Shown piece after piece: positions 18,191-27,233 of a stretch of DNA of 64,000 nucleotides. Location of the stretch: positions 1 through 64,000 of the IMG/VR virus record IMGVR_UViG_3300033072_000728. One strand, 5' to 3'. The notes under the pieces were generated by a model. That model did no database searches and was not told where the DNA came from. It worked only from the letters and a program-made list of their open reading frames with translations. A program made the translations under genes and the position numbers. Source of the stretch: a virus. Lineage: Duplodnaviria; Caudoviricetes. Each line of letters starts with the position of its first letter. The stretch's first letter is position 1.

Positions 18191-18799
18191 TTAAAAGAGT
18201 GAAGAAAGAATTAGAACACGGTAGTTCCCATCAAAGTCTGATCCAGAAGTCCAAAGTTCATGATCTTTGATGTTAGAGCCATTATACACGATTTTGTTGC
18301 CGTCAACATCTTTGAAAATTCCGTAATCAGTGTCAGCCGCATAAACCACACAACCATGTTTTGAAGATTCGGAAGCAAGTTTCTTCCACAACCCTTGCGC
18401 GGTTTTAAACTGAACCGTGTCAGAAATGACAGTGTAACCTAGTTTTGCAAGTTGGAAGTAAACTTGTGAAGCAATTTGTTTTGATCTCAAATCACGATCA
18501 AGGTAAACATTATTGACTTGAATGGTGTTAGTTTCAATGACTGACTGTGCAATGGATTTGAAATAAAGACTGAAAATTGGTTTAACCCTAGAGCTATCAC
18601 CAACTGTCGAATCTAAACCAATGAGCCGAACATTATGGTCATCAAAATAAAAATCAATAATGCCAAAATCAATCAGGTTGATTGAGAATATCAAAGAGAA
18701 CTCTCGGGTTAACGTGTTAACAGAAATTGACCCGTCATTGTGCAAAATCGGAACAGGCATTTCACCTTGATTCAAATATGGTGGCACGATAAGACTCAA
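18191..18799 (-). CDS. GNAT-fold-like protein (paralogue of 38878..39525)
   Basis: VYLDRDLRSKQIASQVY (acetyl-CoA loop-like) and ISDTVQFKTAQGLWKKL. Confidence 0.6.
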   Translation of the reverse strand: MSLIVPPYLNQGEMPVPILHNDGSISVNTLTREFSLIFSINLIDFGIIDFYFDDHNVRLIGLDSTVGDSSRVKPIFSLYFKSIAQSVIETNTIQVNNVYLDRDLRSKQIASQVYFQLAKLGYTVISDTVQFKTAQGLWKKLASESSKHGCVVYAADTDYGIFKDVDGNKIVYNGSNIKDHELWTSGSDFDGNYRVLILSSLF

Positions 18800-18966
18800 A
18801 AAGGCGCATCCTCAGTTGTTGCAACTATTTCAGCATAAGACATTTTGCGTTTATGTCGAGTGGGGTTTGCCACAATAACATGCTTGACTTGATTCAACTT
18901 CTTTGCGGCCTTCTGTTGCCGAAGATGTTGTTCAAACAGCTTGAAGGATTCTTGTTTAGAGATCAT
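18796..18966 (-). CDS. Small hypothetical protein (56 aa, below ORF-track cutoff)
   Basis: MISKQESFKLFEQ...EDAPF*; stop overlaps next TTG start. Confidence 0.65.
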   Translation of the reverse strand: MISKQESFKLFEQHLRQQKAAKKLNQVKHVIVANPTRHKRKMSYAEIVATTEDAPF

Positions 18967-18993
18967 GGTATAAGCAGTGATAAAACAAAAAGA

Positions 18994-19022
18994 GTGGACA
19001 CCATTATGAAACCAGTGTCCAC
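18994..19022 (-). terminator. Putative terminator
   Basis: GTGGACAC/GTGTCCAC inverted repeat with T-rich tail on minus strand. Confidence 0.6.
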
Positions 19023-19031
19023 GTATGTTGG

Positions 19032-19973
19032 TTACTTGATTTGCAACAATTGGTTTCGAAGGTCTTGGATTTGCTTCATGATGTATTCACGTTTTTGCTG
19101 TTTCTCGGCTTCTTCAGGATCAACCCATTGAGAAACTTCCCATACTCGATCACCGTGTTTAGATGGGGCAAATGCATCGGACGGGTCTGAAGGTGTTTGA
19201 TACACTGCTTCAACGTGTTTGAGTTCGTCAAGAATGTGTTCGCGTTCGGAACAGCATCCACCAGTTGCCCACAACATTAAATCACAGTCAGAATCTTGGT
19301 TAACCATTGTGGAGGGGACAACAATCAACCAACCATTTCGGGAAGATTTCACTCGCATTCCTGGCTTCAGAATTGAGAAAACGTAATTCTGTTTGGTGGG
19401 CCATGTTACATCAGTTTGTTTAAACCAACCATATTCACCGTCTCTAAATTCCAGTTTGAATGGCACCCCAGATTTATCATCCTTAATCAAAGTCCCAACT
19501 TGCCCAATTCGATATTTCCGCTCACCATCAAATGAAGAAACTACCAACAATTTTTGACCAACTTTTGGGCGCACATTAGGGGCAGGCTGTTCAATTGGAA
19601 GTTCAATATCATTATCATTGAAATACCAAACTTTACCATCATTAAATTTAACTCCAATGGGTTCAAACTCATGGATTACACCAGTTTGACCAATATACGG
19701 CTTTGCGCCACCACAGCCGTTGAGAATTTTAACTTGTTGACCGAGTTTGAATTCAACGTTGGAGTCGGGCTGTTCAATTAGGGGTTCTATATTGCTTTTA
19801 TTAAAGCGTTCTTGCCCACCAGCATCAAATTGTATCAAAAAATACATACCGCAACTGAGATCATCAGTACCGATAATAGTTCCAATTTTACTCTGATGAC
19901 GGCTTCGCGTGCCCGTGGTATTGATAATTTTAACTTTTTGACCAATTTTGAATCGTTGAGTTTCGTTACACAT
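19032..19973 (-). CDS. Protein with tandem SH3/KOW-like repeats
   Basis: FKIGQKVKI, FKLGQQVKI, PKVGQKLLV, LKPGMRV repeats with EQP linkers. Confidence 0.8.
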   Translation of the reverse strand: MCNETQRFKIGQKVKIINTTGTRSRHQSKIGTIIGTDDLSCGMYFLIQFDAGGQERFNKSNIEPLIEQPDSNVEFKLGQQVKILNGCGGAKPYIGQTGVIHEFEPIGVKFNDGKVWYFNDNDIELPIEQPAPNVRPKVGQKLLVVSSFDGERKYRIGQVGTLIKDDKSGVPFKLEFRDGEYGWFKQTDVTWPTKQNYVFSILKPGMRVKSSRNGWLIVVPSTMVNQDSDCDLMLWATGGCCSEREHILDELKHVEAVYQTPSDPSDAFAPSKHGDRVWEVSQWVDPEEAEKQQKREYIMKQIQDLRNQLLQIK

Positions 19974-20008
19974 GATTAGAAGATTCCTTGTTTGATGCGA
20001 TAGATTGA

Positions 20009-20037
20009 ATTATGATCGGTTGGATGCGTGGTGTCAA
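20009..20037 (-). promoter_or_regulatory. Sigma70-type early promoter
   Basis: TTGACA-17 nt-CATAAT upstream of RBS AAGGAA and ATG 19973. Confidence 0.8.
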
Positions 20038-20063
20038 TTGTTGTTGACTGAAATGGTCAACAA

Positions 20064-20297
20064 TTACGACACGATGATCTTCAAGTCAGGGTGCGCCGCA
20101 TTGAACTCATTGAATTGTTCAGAAGTCTTAAACTTTACTTTCATTCCATGCTTCTTTGTAATAGACGGAATCATGCCGCGTTCAATGAACCATCTTAGTG
20201 TATCAATGCCAATGTAATTCACTTCAAAATTTAGAATTCTTGAGTGAGTATGGTAGATAGGTGAAGATAATAGTTTTGCGATTTTTGTATTCATCAT
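20064..20297 (-). CDS. Hypothetical protein
   Basis: 77 aa ORF. Confidence 0.65.
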   Translation of the reverse strand: MMNTKIAKLLSSPIYHTHSRILNFEVNYIGIDTLRWFIERGMIPSITKKHGMKVKFKTSEQFNEFNAAHPDLKIIVS

Positions 20298-20557
20298 GGA
20301 GTAAGTTGTGGGTATTTAAAAAATAGAACAGACACGAGTGTTTCATCTTTAATGAGAATATAACGATCAGAAGTTTTCTGGGTGAGAAACAATGTCCCCC
20401 AAGATCAGCATCACTGTATGAACATCGATGATGGCCCAAAACTTTCTGTTAAGAATTTAAGCATGTTTGAGAATTCATTATCTCCAGTAAACCCTTCAAT
20501 ACGAAACTGATATTTTTCATGTCCAGTGTGCGTTTTCTTTTGTTTGATGAGTTTCAT
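20294..20557 (-). pseudogene. CKYP-like gene interrupted by two in-frame TGA codons (20405, 20411)
   Basis: MKLIKQKK...FGPSSMFIQ*C*SWG...VLFFKYPQLTP*; final stop forms ATGA overlap with next gene. Confidence 0.55.
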
Positions 20558-20760
20558 TAGTTTGTTTGCAAAAATGGGAAGTTATTTGGGAACCTGATAA
20601 AAGTCATTCGTGCAATTCGTTCGGAAAGGTTGAAAACAATCCTCCCATTAAATCCTCGCATTGATAGCTGTTCATCGACCGAAGCATATTGTTTTAAGAA
20701 CTTGTAATAATTGGTTAGTGGATAGTCTTTTGACAATTTCAATGAAACTTTATGCATCAC
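20557..20760 (-). CDS. Hypothetical protein
   Basis: 67 aa ORF in operon. Confidence 0.65.
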   Translation of the reverse strand: MMHKVSLKLSKDYPLTNYYKFLKQYASVDEQLSMRGFNGRIVFNLSERIARMTFIRFPNNFPFLQTN

Positions 20761-21307
20761 ATTGAGTTACTAAGTGTTCTATCATACCCGCCAACTGACC
20801 AAGAATAGATTCTCTAGTGTGGTTACTGTCTTTACCATTCTCATTTCGTTGCTTGAAACCTTTCGGGAAAGTTATCTCAACTGGTATTTGACAAGCAATA
20901 GCTGCAACAGCGCCAGCAATATCTACTCCAGTTTGTCCACCTGTATAGATTTTAGAAATGGGCCATAAATGATGACAGTTATGAATAACTTCATACACAA
21001 TCTGGTTTATTTGTGGTTGACTCATTCCAAATTTAGTTAGAGTGTATATCCCATTCCCTGCGATATTCAATGTTTTCAGGTTTTTGACTTGCATTTCATA
21101 CACCAACAACCCAACCATATTTTCAATAGTACATGATGGTGAAAGCAAGTCAAAACCAATATATTTGGTTCCTGCAAATTTTTTGGTTGCTTGTTCCCCG
21201 TAGGTAGACAAATCTACAGCAAAGGCAACTGTTAAATCAGCTTTACTTGCATTATATTTTGTTCGTGGTTGGTATGAAGGTGATTCGTGCTCATTGATTA
21301 CAATCAT
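20750..21307 (-). CDS. SLOG-superfamily protein (YpsA/molybdenum-carrier-like)
   Basis: RT..N...AD.T.AF, LNIAGN and TGGQTGVDIAG motifs; start 21307 (MIVINE) preferred. Confidence 0.75.
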   Translation of the reverse strand: MIVINEHESPSYQPRTKYNASKADLTVAFAVDLSTYGEQATKKFAGTKYIGFDLLSPSCTIENMVGLLVYEMQVKNLKTLNIAGNGIYTLTKFGMSQPQINQIVYEVIHNCHHLWPISKIYTGGQTGVDIAGAVAAIACQIPVEITFPKGFKQRNENGKDSNHTRESILGQLAGMIEHLVTQCDA

Positions 21308-21632
21308 TTTTGTGTGTAATATGTTTAATGAATTTCCAAACCCACGAACCTTTTTGTGTACATGCGTTATATCCTTCAATTCTATTAACAACCACTTTAC
21401 ATGCAAGTTGGTTAGCAATCAATCGTTGAATCGATCTGCATGACAAGGTATCACCATCGTGTAACGGCCCTGATTCAAAAAGTGATTGAAGCTGTTCAGT
21501 ATCAACGTCTTCGATCAATTTAATTGCGATATTTGCAGTATCATGAAAATAACAATACTCAGAATGAGTCATTAATGCTTTTGGGCCAAATACTGCTTCA
21601 AAATCTTCAAGAGTGTAAGTTGCTGGTTTCAT
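21291..21632 (-). CDS. Hypothetical protein
   Basis: Start 21632 (MKPATY) preferred. Confidence 0.7.
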   Translation of the reverse strand: MKPATYTLEDFEAVFGPKALMTHSEYCYFHDTANIAIKLIEDVDTEQLQSLFESGPLHDGDTLSCRSIQRLIANQLACKVVVNRIEGYNACTQKGSWVWKFIKHITHKNDCNQ

Positions 21633-21672
21633 AAGTGTGTTTTGTGAAGTTTCGTATAATTCTAAAAGGTTA

Positions 21673-22104
21673 TCAAATGATACAAGTTGAATTGCAAAAA
21701 GATGTAGTTTGAAATGCACTAATGGGTTCAAACATCGGAATAGGGTTATTCAGCATCTTATCAACTTTATCAAGTTCTTTGCGCTGCAAATCGACATTTA
21801 ATCGAATGTCTGATTCCGTAGTTTCTAAAACAGATTCTAACTTGTTGATCAATGGTAACATGCTATCAGTTACGTCTGGGTGATCTTTTAGTTTTTCAAA
21901 TGCAGCAGTTACGGAGTATAAAACGTCAGAATCTGGCACATATGAACGAACTTCGTCAAATGCTTTGAATAGGTCAGAATCGAAGTTCTCATAAAATTGA
22001 GAAGTTTCAATCAGTCTATCAATAACACATTCTGGAAGTGTACCGTGTCGTTTGAAGTATTCTTTAAACTGTTGAACACTATATGTTTCGTCAATATATT
22101 CCAT
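21673..22104 (-). CDS. Hypothetical protein, tandem paralogue of 22106..22522
   Basis: MEYIDETYSVQQFKEYFKRHG. Confidence 0.8.
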   Translation of the reverse strand: MEYIDETYSVQQFKEYFKRHGTLPECVIDRLIETSQFYENFDSDLFKAFDEVRSYVPDSDVLYSVTAAFEKLKDHPDVTDSMLPLINKLESVLETTESDIRLNVDLQRKELDKVDKMLNNPIPMFEPISAFQTTSFCNSTCII

Positions 22105-22105
22105 G

Positions 22106-22522
22106 TTATTGTTTAGTATTAAAGGGGTTAGAAGGTTCAAACACCTTGAATTGGTTGTCTAACATCCTAGACACTGCGTTTAGTTGTTCAAGCTGATATT
22201 CACCGTCTTGTCGAAATTGAGTTTCTAGATGATCCAAATCATCAATGGCACTATCAATAAGTGTAAGCGAAGTTTTGTCTTTTACCTTTGATGGGAATTC
22301 TGCTTTTGCTTCCAAAAGCAAATCTTTAACCTCTTGAAGAACATCTTCAGATTGTACACATGCTTTTGCTTCTTGAATGTTAGCCGATAGGGTTTCTTCT
22401 ACTTCTTCCAAGTATTCGTATTTTTCAATCAAAAATTCAATAACATGGGCTGGAAGTGAACCATGCCGATTGAAGTATTCTTTGAAACACTGTGCGCCAT
22501 AGGTTTGGTCAATGTATTCCAT
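22106..22522 (-). CDS. Hypothetical protein, tandem paralogue of 21673..22104
   Basis: MEYIDQTYGAQCFKEYFNRHG. Confidence 0.8.
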   Translation of the reverse strand: MEYIDQTYGAQCFKEYFNRHGSLPAHVIEFLIEKYEYLEEVEETLSANIQEAKACVQSEDVLQEVKDLLLEAKAEFPSKVKDKTSLTLIDSAIDDLDHLETQFRQDGEYQLEQLNAVSRMLDNQFKVFEPSNPFNTKQ

Positions 22523-22616
22523 GTAATGTTAGGTCAGTTGTTTAAATTCAGGGTAGTTGAACACAAGTTCAGAGTAAAGTATAGGATTGTTGACAACGAT
22601 ATTCAACTTTTTGAAG

Positions 22617-23009
22617 CTAGAAAGAAGTGTCAATTGGTTGAATAACTCGGAATAGCATTTCCGAGGTAAATTCTTTGTAGTATTTCCAAGTATTAGGAAT
22701 CATTATAAAATGAAAAATTTGGTATTCTTTGGAAATGTTATAGGGTTCAATAAAAGGTTCAATATCTTCTATCCGATATAGGTCAGCTTCGTTCCACTGT
22801 TTTAACTGTGGGTTGCGTTCAATATCAGCAGAAGTTATATCTAATTCGGTTTTCCGTGTGGGTGGATTATCAGTCCATCTTACTTCTAACCCAGGGAAAC
22901 GGTTATTAAAATGCCCGAAAAGTTCTTGGATTTGGCAAATCGTCTTATTGTCATAAATTTCAAAAACAAATGGTCGAATAGCGTGGCGTATTAAAAATGT
23001 GAAGTTCAT
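22617..23009 (-). CDS. Hypothetical protein, paralogue of 23172..23570
   Basis: FIMIPNTWKYYKEFTSEMLFR. Confidence 0.8.
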   Translation of the reverse strand: MNFTFLIRHAIRPFVFEIYDNKTICQIQELFGHFNNRFPGLEVRWTDNPPTRKTELDITSADIERNPQLKQWNEADLYRIEDIEPFIEPYNISKEYQIFHFIMIPNTWKYYKEFTSEMLFRVIQPIDTSF

Positions 23010-23017
23010 ATCAAAGG

Positions 23018-23179
23018 TTAATGGTTAGCTATTGTGTTAGATTTTGTTTGTTCAAGATCATATTCTGAGCAAATACCGTTCCATCCACGTTTTCCAACAT
23101 ACAGACTGTTAGTGTTCCAGACACACCATTCAATAAACACAGTCTGAACTAATAGACATTTGAATAAAGGTTTAATCAC
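23018..23179 (-). CDS. MIKP-family small protein
   Basis: GTG ATT AAA CCT start at 23179. Confidence 0.65.
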   Translation of the reverse strand: MIKPLFKCLLVQTVFIEWCVWNTNSLYVGKRGWNGICSEYDLEQTKSNTIANH

Positions 23180-23570
23180 ATGGATATTCCCGTCGAACAC
23201 ATCGGAACAACATTTCCGAAGTAAATGCTTCATAATGTTCCCAAGATGGCGGAATTATAACAAACTGAAAGAATTGGTGTTTCGACAGGTCTACTTCATA
23301 AATGAAAGCATGATGTTTGATGGTGTTTACCAAATAAACATCAGACAAGAAATGATCTTGATTGGATTCATCGTATGGGCAATACCAAACGAACTTGTCG
23401 TTACCCTTATCATATTGCTGGATGACTTGAACCCCTTTGAAAAATTGTCCGAATCTCTGAAGTCGGAATTCTAAATCAATCTTGCCTTTAATTTGTTGCT
23501 TACGTCTATTGAATGGCTTGTTAATAAGTTCATCCATTATAAACTGTGGTGCGTTATAATATTGTTTCAT
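23172..23570 (-). CDS. Hypothetical protein, paralogue of 22617..23009
   Basis: FVIIPPSWEHYEAFTSEMLFR. Confidence 0.8.
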   Translation of the reverse strand: MKQYYNAPQFIMDELINKPFNRRKQQIKGKIDLEFRLQRFGQFFKGVQVIQQYDKGNDKFVWYCPYDESNQDHFLSDVYLVNTIKHHAFIYEVDLSKHQFFQFVIIPPSWEHYEAFTSEMLFRCVRREYPCD

Positions 23571-23704
23571 TTATAAGCCATTCATCTAGTTTCATTTCCC
23601 TCATTTACTGAAAAGTTTCAACATATTCCCATTCAGCATAATAAAGATACGTCACACCGAGGTGAACAACCGATTTCATTAAAGTTAATATTGGGTTTAA
23701 TCAT
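23567..23704 (-). pseudogene. MIKP-family pseudogene
   Basis: MIKPNI start, stop after 23 codons; another frame carries ...LDEWLIK* with ATGA overlap. Confidence 0.5.
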
Positions 23705-23870
23705 ACTATTTGGTCGTGTAACCAATTCCTAAAAGTGCAAAATCAATGCATTTAGATGATGTGGAATAATAGATCAGACAGGTTCGCCATCCTTCTATTT
23801 TTCTAAATGCACTCATATCGCGTTCATTTGCATTTTCAAGTCGAATGTTATTCAAGTGTGGTTTAATCAT
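23701..23870 (-). pseudogene. MIKP-family gene with probable frameshift at a T4 run
   Basis: MIKPHL...ALLGIGYTTK*; adding one T restores ...LFRNWLHDQIV* with ATGA overlap. Confidence 0.5.
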
Positions 23871-23871
23871 T

Positions 23872-24045
23872 TTATCCCCCTATTTCATCTCCAAGCATTT
23901 CAGATAACCATAGTTGTGATAAATCAAATCTGATTCTCACATCACTAAACAACAAACACGAAAATCCACCGATGGTTCTAAATTGAACGTGTTCGTGATC
24001 CACGAGATTAGTATGCTCAATAAATCGAAGTTTTTCCTTAATCAT
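23872..24045 (-). CDS. MIKP-family small protein (57 aa)
   Basis: MIKEKLRF...WLSEML. Confidence 0.7.
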   Translation of the reverse strand: MIKEKLRFIEHTNLVDHEHVQFRTIGGFSCLLFSDVRIRFDLSQLWLSEMLGDEIGG

Positions 24046-24175
24046 GTGGCTTTCCTATTTCATCCATTAACCAAATTGAAATAACCGTGTTGTAAACAAT
24101 ATCAAAAGGATGAAACCATACATCAGTATGACCGAATCCACAAAGCTGAATGTGAGTTATTATAGGTTTAATCAT
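24038..24175 (-). CDS. MIKP-family small protein (45 aa)
   Basis: MIKPIITH...IWLMDEI. Confidence 0.7.
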   Translation of the reverse strand: MIKPIITHIQLCGFGHTDVWFHPFDIVYNTVISIWLMDEIGKPHD

Positions 24176-24350
24176 TTGTTAATATAACTTCCAACCATTT
24201 TTCAATCTCTAGTAGTTCAATATCATGAACACTTTCCACGAAAAGCAGCCATGTTGAATCAAAAGCAATAAATCCACGCTTATTCCACCATTCAATATCA
24301 AAATCATCAGTCGATTCGACGTAGAACAGCTTAATTACAGGTTTAATCAT
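24168..24350 (-). CDS. MIKP-family small protein
   Basis: MIKPVIKL...KWLEVILTND. Confidence 0.75.
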   Translation of the reverse strand: MIKPVIKLFYVESTDDFDIEWWNKRGFIAFDSTWLLFVESVHDIELLEIEKWLEVILTND

Positions 24351-24572
24351 TTCACTTGATCTTTCAACCATTTTGTCGAATTATCGTCAAGATCAGTTCG
24401 ATATAACCTGGCAAGTGAAATATATTCCCAGGGAGGAGTTTTGTGCCATTTCTTATCCCGACCCACAAAATAATAAGTGTATTTTCTGTCATTCCTGGAA
24501 ATTTGAATTTGGTCAAAACCAGAAAGATTACACATTACACATATCGATATATCTGATAACGGGTTTAATCAC
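24347..24572 (-). CDS. MIKP-family small protein
   Basis: GTG ATT AAA CCC start at 24572; ends KWLKDQVK. Confidence 0.75.
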
Positions 24573-25393
24573 AATCCAAGTTCCTCAAAGGTTTGTTTAA
24601 TTTCAGCCACACGCTCTGGATACCGTTTGAATATCACTTGCCATTGGACGGGTTGAATAACATCAATCAAAGTGTCAACCAAATCATCATTCAATTGATA
24701 CAGAAATGTTTGACCCATATTGCTCTGATACAACAACCAAGGTGAGATTCTACCGTTTCTGATATTCATGCAAATTCTATTAGGACTGACATTTGAAAGA
24801 ACTTGATCCAGTGGTTGCTTGTACTCTGTCCCAAGTGAATCCAAAGTTTCAATACTTCGATGAATGGCATCAAATGGGTCTTCTTTCTTTAGAAACTCTG
24901 TTAAAAACTTTTGGTAGTTTTCATCCAATGACCAATCACCGATTTTCACTTTGTTGTCAAGTAACCATTCCATATACATCATAGTGTTAATTACTGAAGT
25001 ATTGATACAGTAGTTTGCAAACTTGACAAAAGCTAGAAACGAACTTGTGCCCATAAAATCTTTATAAGTGGTTTTTGTATTACTTGGCCAATGTAGTTTC
25101 ATAAATTGTTGCCACGCCATAAAGGCTGTTCGGTATTCTAACTTATCACGATCCATCCATCGTTGTTTTTTCACACACAAATGATTCATCCATGTGGTTT
25201 CGCGCTTAAACGACATCCCACAATGTTCGCACTTGAATTCAACTTCTGGTTCAGAAACGATAGGGCTAGGAGCCTCTAGAACGGCCTTGGTTCGTTTTTT
25301 TCTGGGTGGCGTAGGTGTAGCATCATCCTTTAGATTTTTTGGCTCCTTTGGTGGCCTTCCGCGCTTTGGTTTGATCTGGGACTGTGATTCCAT
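24569..25393 (-). CDS. Conserved zinc-finger-containing protein
   Basis: FKCEHCG...NHLC C2H2-like finger; basic N-terminus with AT-hook-like KRGRPPK. Confidence 0.8.
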   Translation of the reverse strand: MESQSQIKPKRGRPPKEPKNLKDDATPTPPRKKRTKAVLEAPSPIVSEPEVEFKCEHCGMSFKRETTWMNHLCVKKQRWMDRDKLEYRTAFMAWQQFMKLHWPSNTKTTYKDFMGTSSFLAFVKFANYCINTSVINTMMYMEWLLDNKVKIGDWSLDENYQKFLTEFLKKEDPFDAIHRSIETLDSLGTEYKQPLDQVLSNVSPNRICMNIRNGRISPWLLYQSNMGQTFLYQLNDDLVDTLIDVIQPVQWQVIFKRYPERVAEIKQTFEELGL

Positions 25394-25955
25394 GTGCTTC
25401 CTTCAATTGCTCAAGTTGTTCAGTGGTTAGAATTTTTGACATGGCTTTAATGTCACTTAACTTCATTGTATCAAACATTAATGCTAAATCACATTGGTTA
25501 TTTTGAGCCTTAACATACTGTTCAACATCATTGGTAAAATCTGGCACTTTTTTTGCATACTCGGTTGCTTCTTTGTTAGAGATTTTTTCATCCATTTGGA
25601 TGAACTTTTTACTAAGTTGTGGCAACCATTTGTGGTTGTATTTCTGTGAAGTGCCAGTTCCAGATGCACACATGAGCTGCCAAGTTAATTCAGGATGGTC
25701 TTTAAGTTGTTCATCAAACAGATATTTGTTTGCATAGTGGTTGGTTGCAATCACCGCATATTCTGTTAAATGTGGTTTTTTCGGTGAATTGATTGACGCC
25801 ATCCACTGAGCAAACATGAATGGGACAAACTTCTTTTGTTCTTCTGGGGTGAATTGATTTAAAAAATCATATTGTTTGGTATCTGCTGCATTCAATGCTT
25901 CAAATAAATCAAAAGATTTTTCGTTGGTAGTTTCGTCAGTTTGGGTGGTTGTCAT
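25323..25955 (-). CDS. Clamp loader small subunit (T4 gp62-like)
   Basis: FDLF..LNA, F.PFM..QW.S and HPEL.WQL.C..G.G....HKW pattern; start 25955 by ATGA overlap. Confidence 0.7.
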   Translation of the reverse strand: MTTTQTDETTNEKSFDLFEALNAADTKQYDFLNQFTPEEQKKFVPFMFAQWMASINSPKKPHLTEYAVIATNHYANKYLFDEQLKDHPELTWQLMCASGTGTSQKYNHKWLPQLSKKFIQMDEKISNKEATEYAKKVPDFTNDVEQYVKAQNNQCDLALMFDTMKLSDIKAMSKILTTEQLEQLKEAHGITVPDQTKARKATKGAKKSKG

Positions 25956-26062
25956 GCTGATAATTTTGATATTGAGTAGGATAAGAATTCTGACATAAAT
26001 GGATGTCGCGTGCAATAACCTTGATGGTTTATCTTGATACTAGTGATCTTGGATTTAATCAT
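25952..26062 (-). CDS. MIKP-family small protein (36 aa)
   Basis: MIKSKITS; ATGA overlap. Confidence 0.6.
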   Translation of the reverse strand: MIKSKITSIKINHQGYCTRHPFMSEFLSYSISKLSA

Positions 26063-26208
26063 GAAATTTGGTTTTCAATACCATTGAGAAGTTGCTGTTT
26101 AAACACATCATATCTGATCGTTTTGGCATAAAAACTCAGCCGACCCAATGACAGTGATGTACCGTTTTCATATAGTAATTTTACTAGAACTATTTTAGGT
26201 TTAACCAC
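26059..26208 (-). CDS. MIKP-family small protein (49 aa)
   Basis: GTG GTT AAA CCT; ATGA overlap. Confidence 0.65.
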   Translation of the reverse strand: MVKPKIVLVKLLYENGTSLSLGRLSFYAKTIRYDVFKQQLLNGIENQIS

Positions 26209-26329
26209 TAATTTCTTTCTTTATCAGAGATAGATAAGTTTCTGGAATCTCAGTATTAAGATGTCGATGCGAAATAATCCATTTGTGTTTACTCCCAAAC
26301 ATAACAAATTTAATAAGCGGTTTAATCAT
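26201..26329 (-). CDS. MIKP-family small protein (42 aa)
   Basis: MIKPLIKF. Confidence 0.65.
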   Translation of the reverse strand: MIKPLIKFVMFGSKHKWIISHRHLNTEIPETYLSLIKKEISG

Positions 26330-26438
26330 GACAATAAGTTTTCCAATTGTTGTCCAAACACGGGTGAAAATAAAAGAACGCAGACCCAGGGGTTCCATTA
26401 ACGATGAAATTCAATCTGTCAATATTGGATTTGGTCAT
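26322..26438 (-). CDS. MIKP-family-like small protein (38 aa)
   Basis: MTKSNIDRL...YCHD*. Confidence 0.5.
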   Translation of the reverse strand: MTKSNIDRLNFIVNGTPGSAFFYFHPCLDNNWKTYCHD

Positions 26439-26550
26439 CGAGTAGCTTTGTCAATAATCTTGTTGTATAGGTGCTGCCATAAGGGTCAAATAACCTTCGC
26501 AAATTTCTACATTCTGAAACAGTTATAAACTCAATTGTAGGTTTAATCAT
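26419..26550 (-). CDS. MIKP-family small protein (43 aa)
   Basis: MIKPTIEF. Confidence 0.6.
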   Translation of the reverse strand: MIKPTIEFITVSECRNLRRLFDPYGSTYTTRLLTKLLDDQIQY

Positions 26551-26570
26551 TATGAGAACCATAGAAATAC

Positions 26571-26613
26571 AAATAGCCACACCCTAACAAAAATTAAAGG
26601 GTGTGGCTATTTT
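26571..26613 (-). terminator. Rho-independent terminator
   Basis: 15-bp inverted repeat AAATAGCCACACCCT/AGGGTGTGGCTATTT. Confidence 0.8.
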
Positions 26614-26629
26614 TGGTTATTACATCAGA

Positions 26630-26947
26630 TTAACCTTCGGAAGATGTTTGTTCAGGTTTGGGCATACGTTCTTTGATTTCAGTTAGTAGTTCGTCAACGG
26701 TGTCATAAACTTTGAATCCACCTGAATTAAATGAAATGTGCATAAACTCATCAGGATCGGCAACATTGACAGGATAAACGTATTCTTGTGTTCCGCCTTC
26801 GCATTCAAACACAAGATGTTTGGTTTCGGCATACTTTTCAATCTTGTTTTGACACCAAACCCAACGCTTTACGGGTGTAGGAGCTTGTCCAGACCTAAAA
26901 GTTAGATCGGTAGTTTGTGGGAATTCAGTGATGTTTACAGAAGTCAT
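26630..26947 (-). CDS. Hypothetical protein
   Basis: 105 aa ORF. Confidence 0.75.
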   Translation of the reverse strand: MTSVNITEFPQTTDLTFRSGQAPTPVKRWVWCQNKIEKYAETKHLVFECEGGTQEYVYPVNVADPDEFMHISFNSGGFKVYDTVDELLTEIKERMPKPEQTSSEG

Positions 26948-26984
26948 GTTACGAAAAAGTGTGTAAGTTGTTGAGAAGGTTTGA

Positions 26985-27233
26985 TTATGCCGTAGTTGTG
27001 TTTGTGTGGGTTAATAGTGAAGCAGAATGGTTGGGATTGAATGCCGTGACATCGGGGATACGGTTGGTTTCGTCGTTTGGGTCTTTTCGGTATCTGATTT
27101 CAAGATGATGCTCCCCTGTATCAAGTAACGTCTGAATACCTTTGGAAATATCTTGAATGTTAGTAATGAAAATATAGTTTGTTGGAATACCTAAACGGTG
27201 GATCAAAACTCGTTTAATAATGGATGGTTTCAT
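26985..27233 (-). CDS. MIKP-family-like protein
   Basis: MKPSIIK; ATGA overlap. Confidence 0.65.
   Translation of the reverse strand: MKPSIIKRVLIHRLGIPTNYIFITNIQDISKGIQTLLDTGEHHLEIRYRKDPNDETNRIPDVTAFNPNHSASLLTHTNTTTA

Noticed and set aside
20041-20063. TTGTTGAC/GTCAACAA hairpin as a terminator
   Set aside because: No U-tract on the minus strand and it overlaps the stop of 20064..20297; left uncalled
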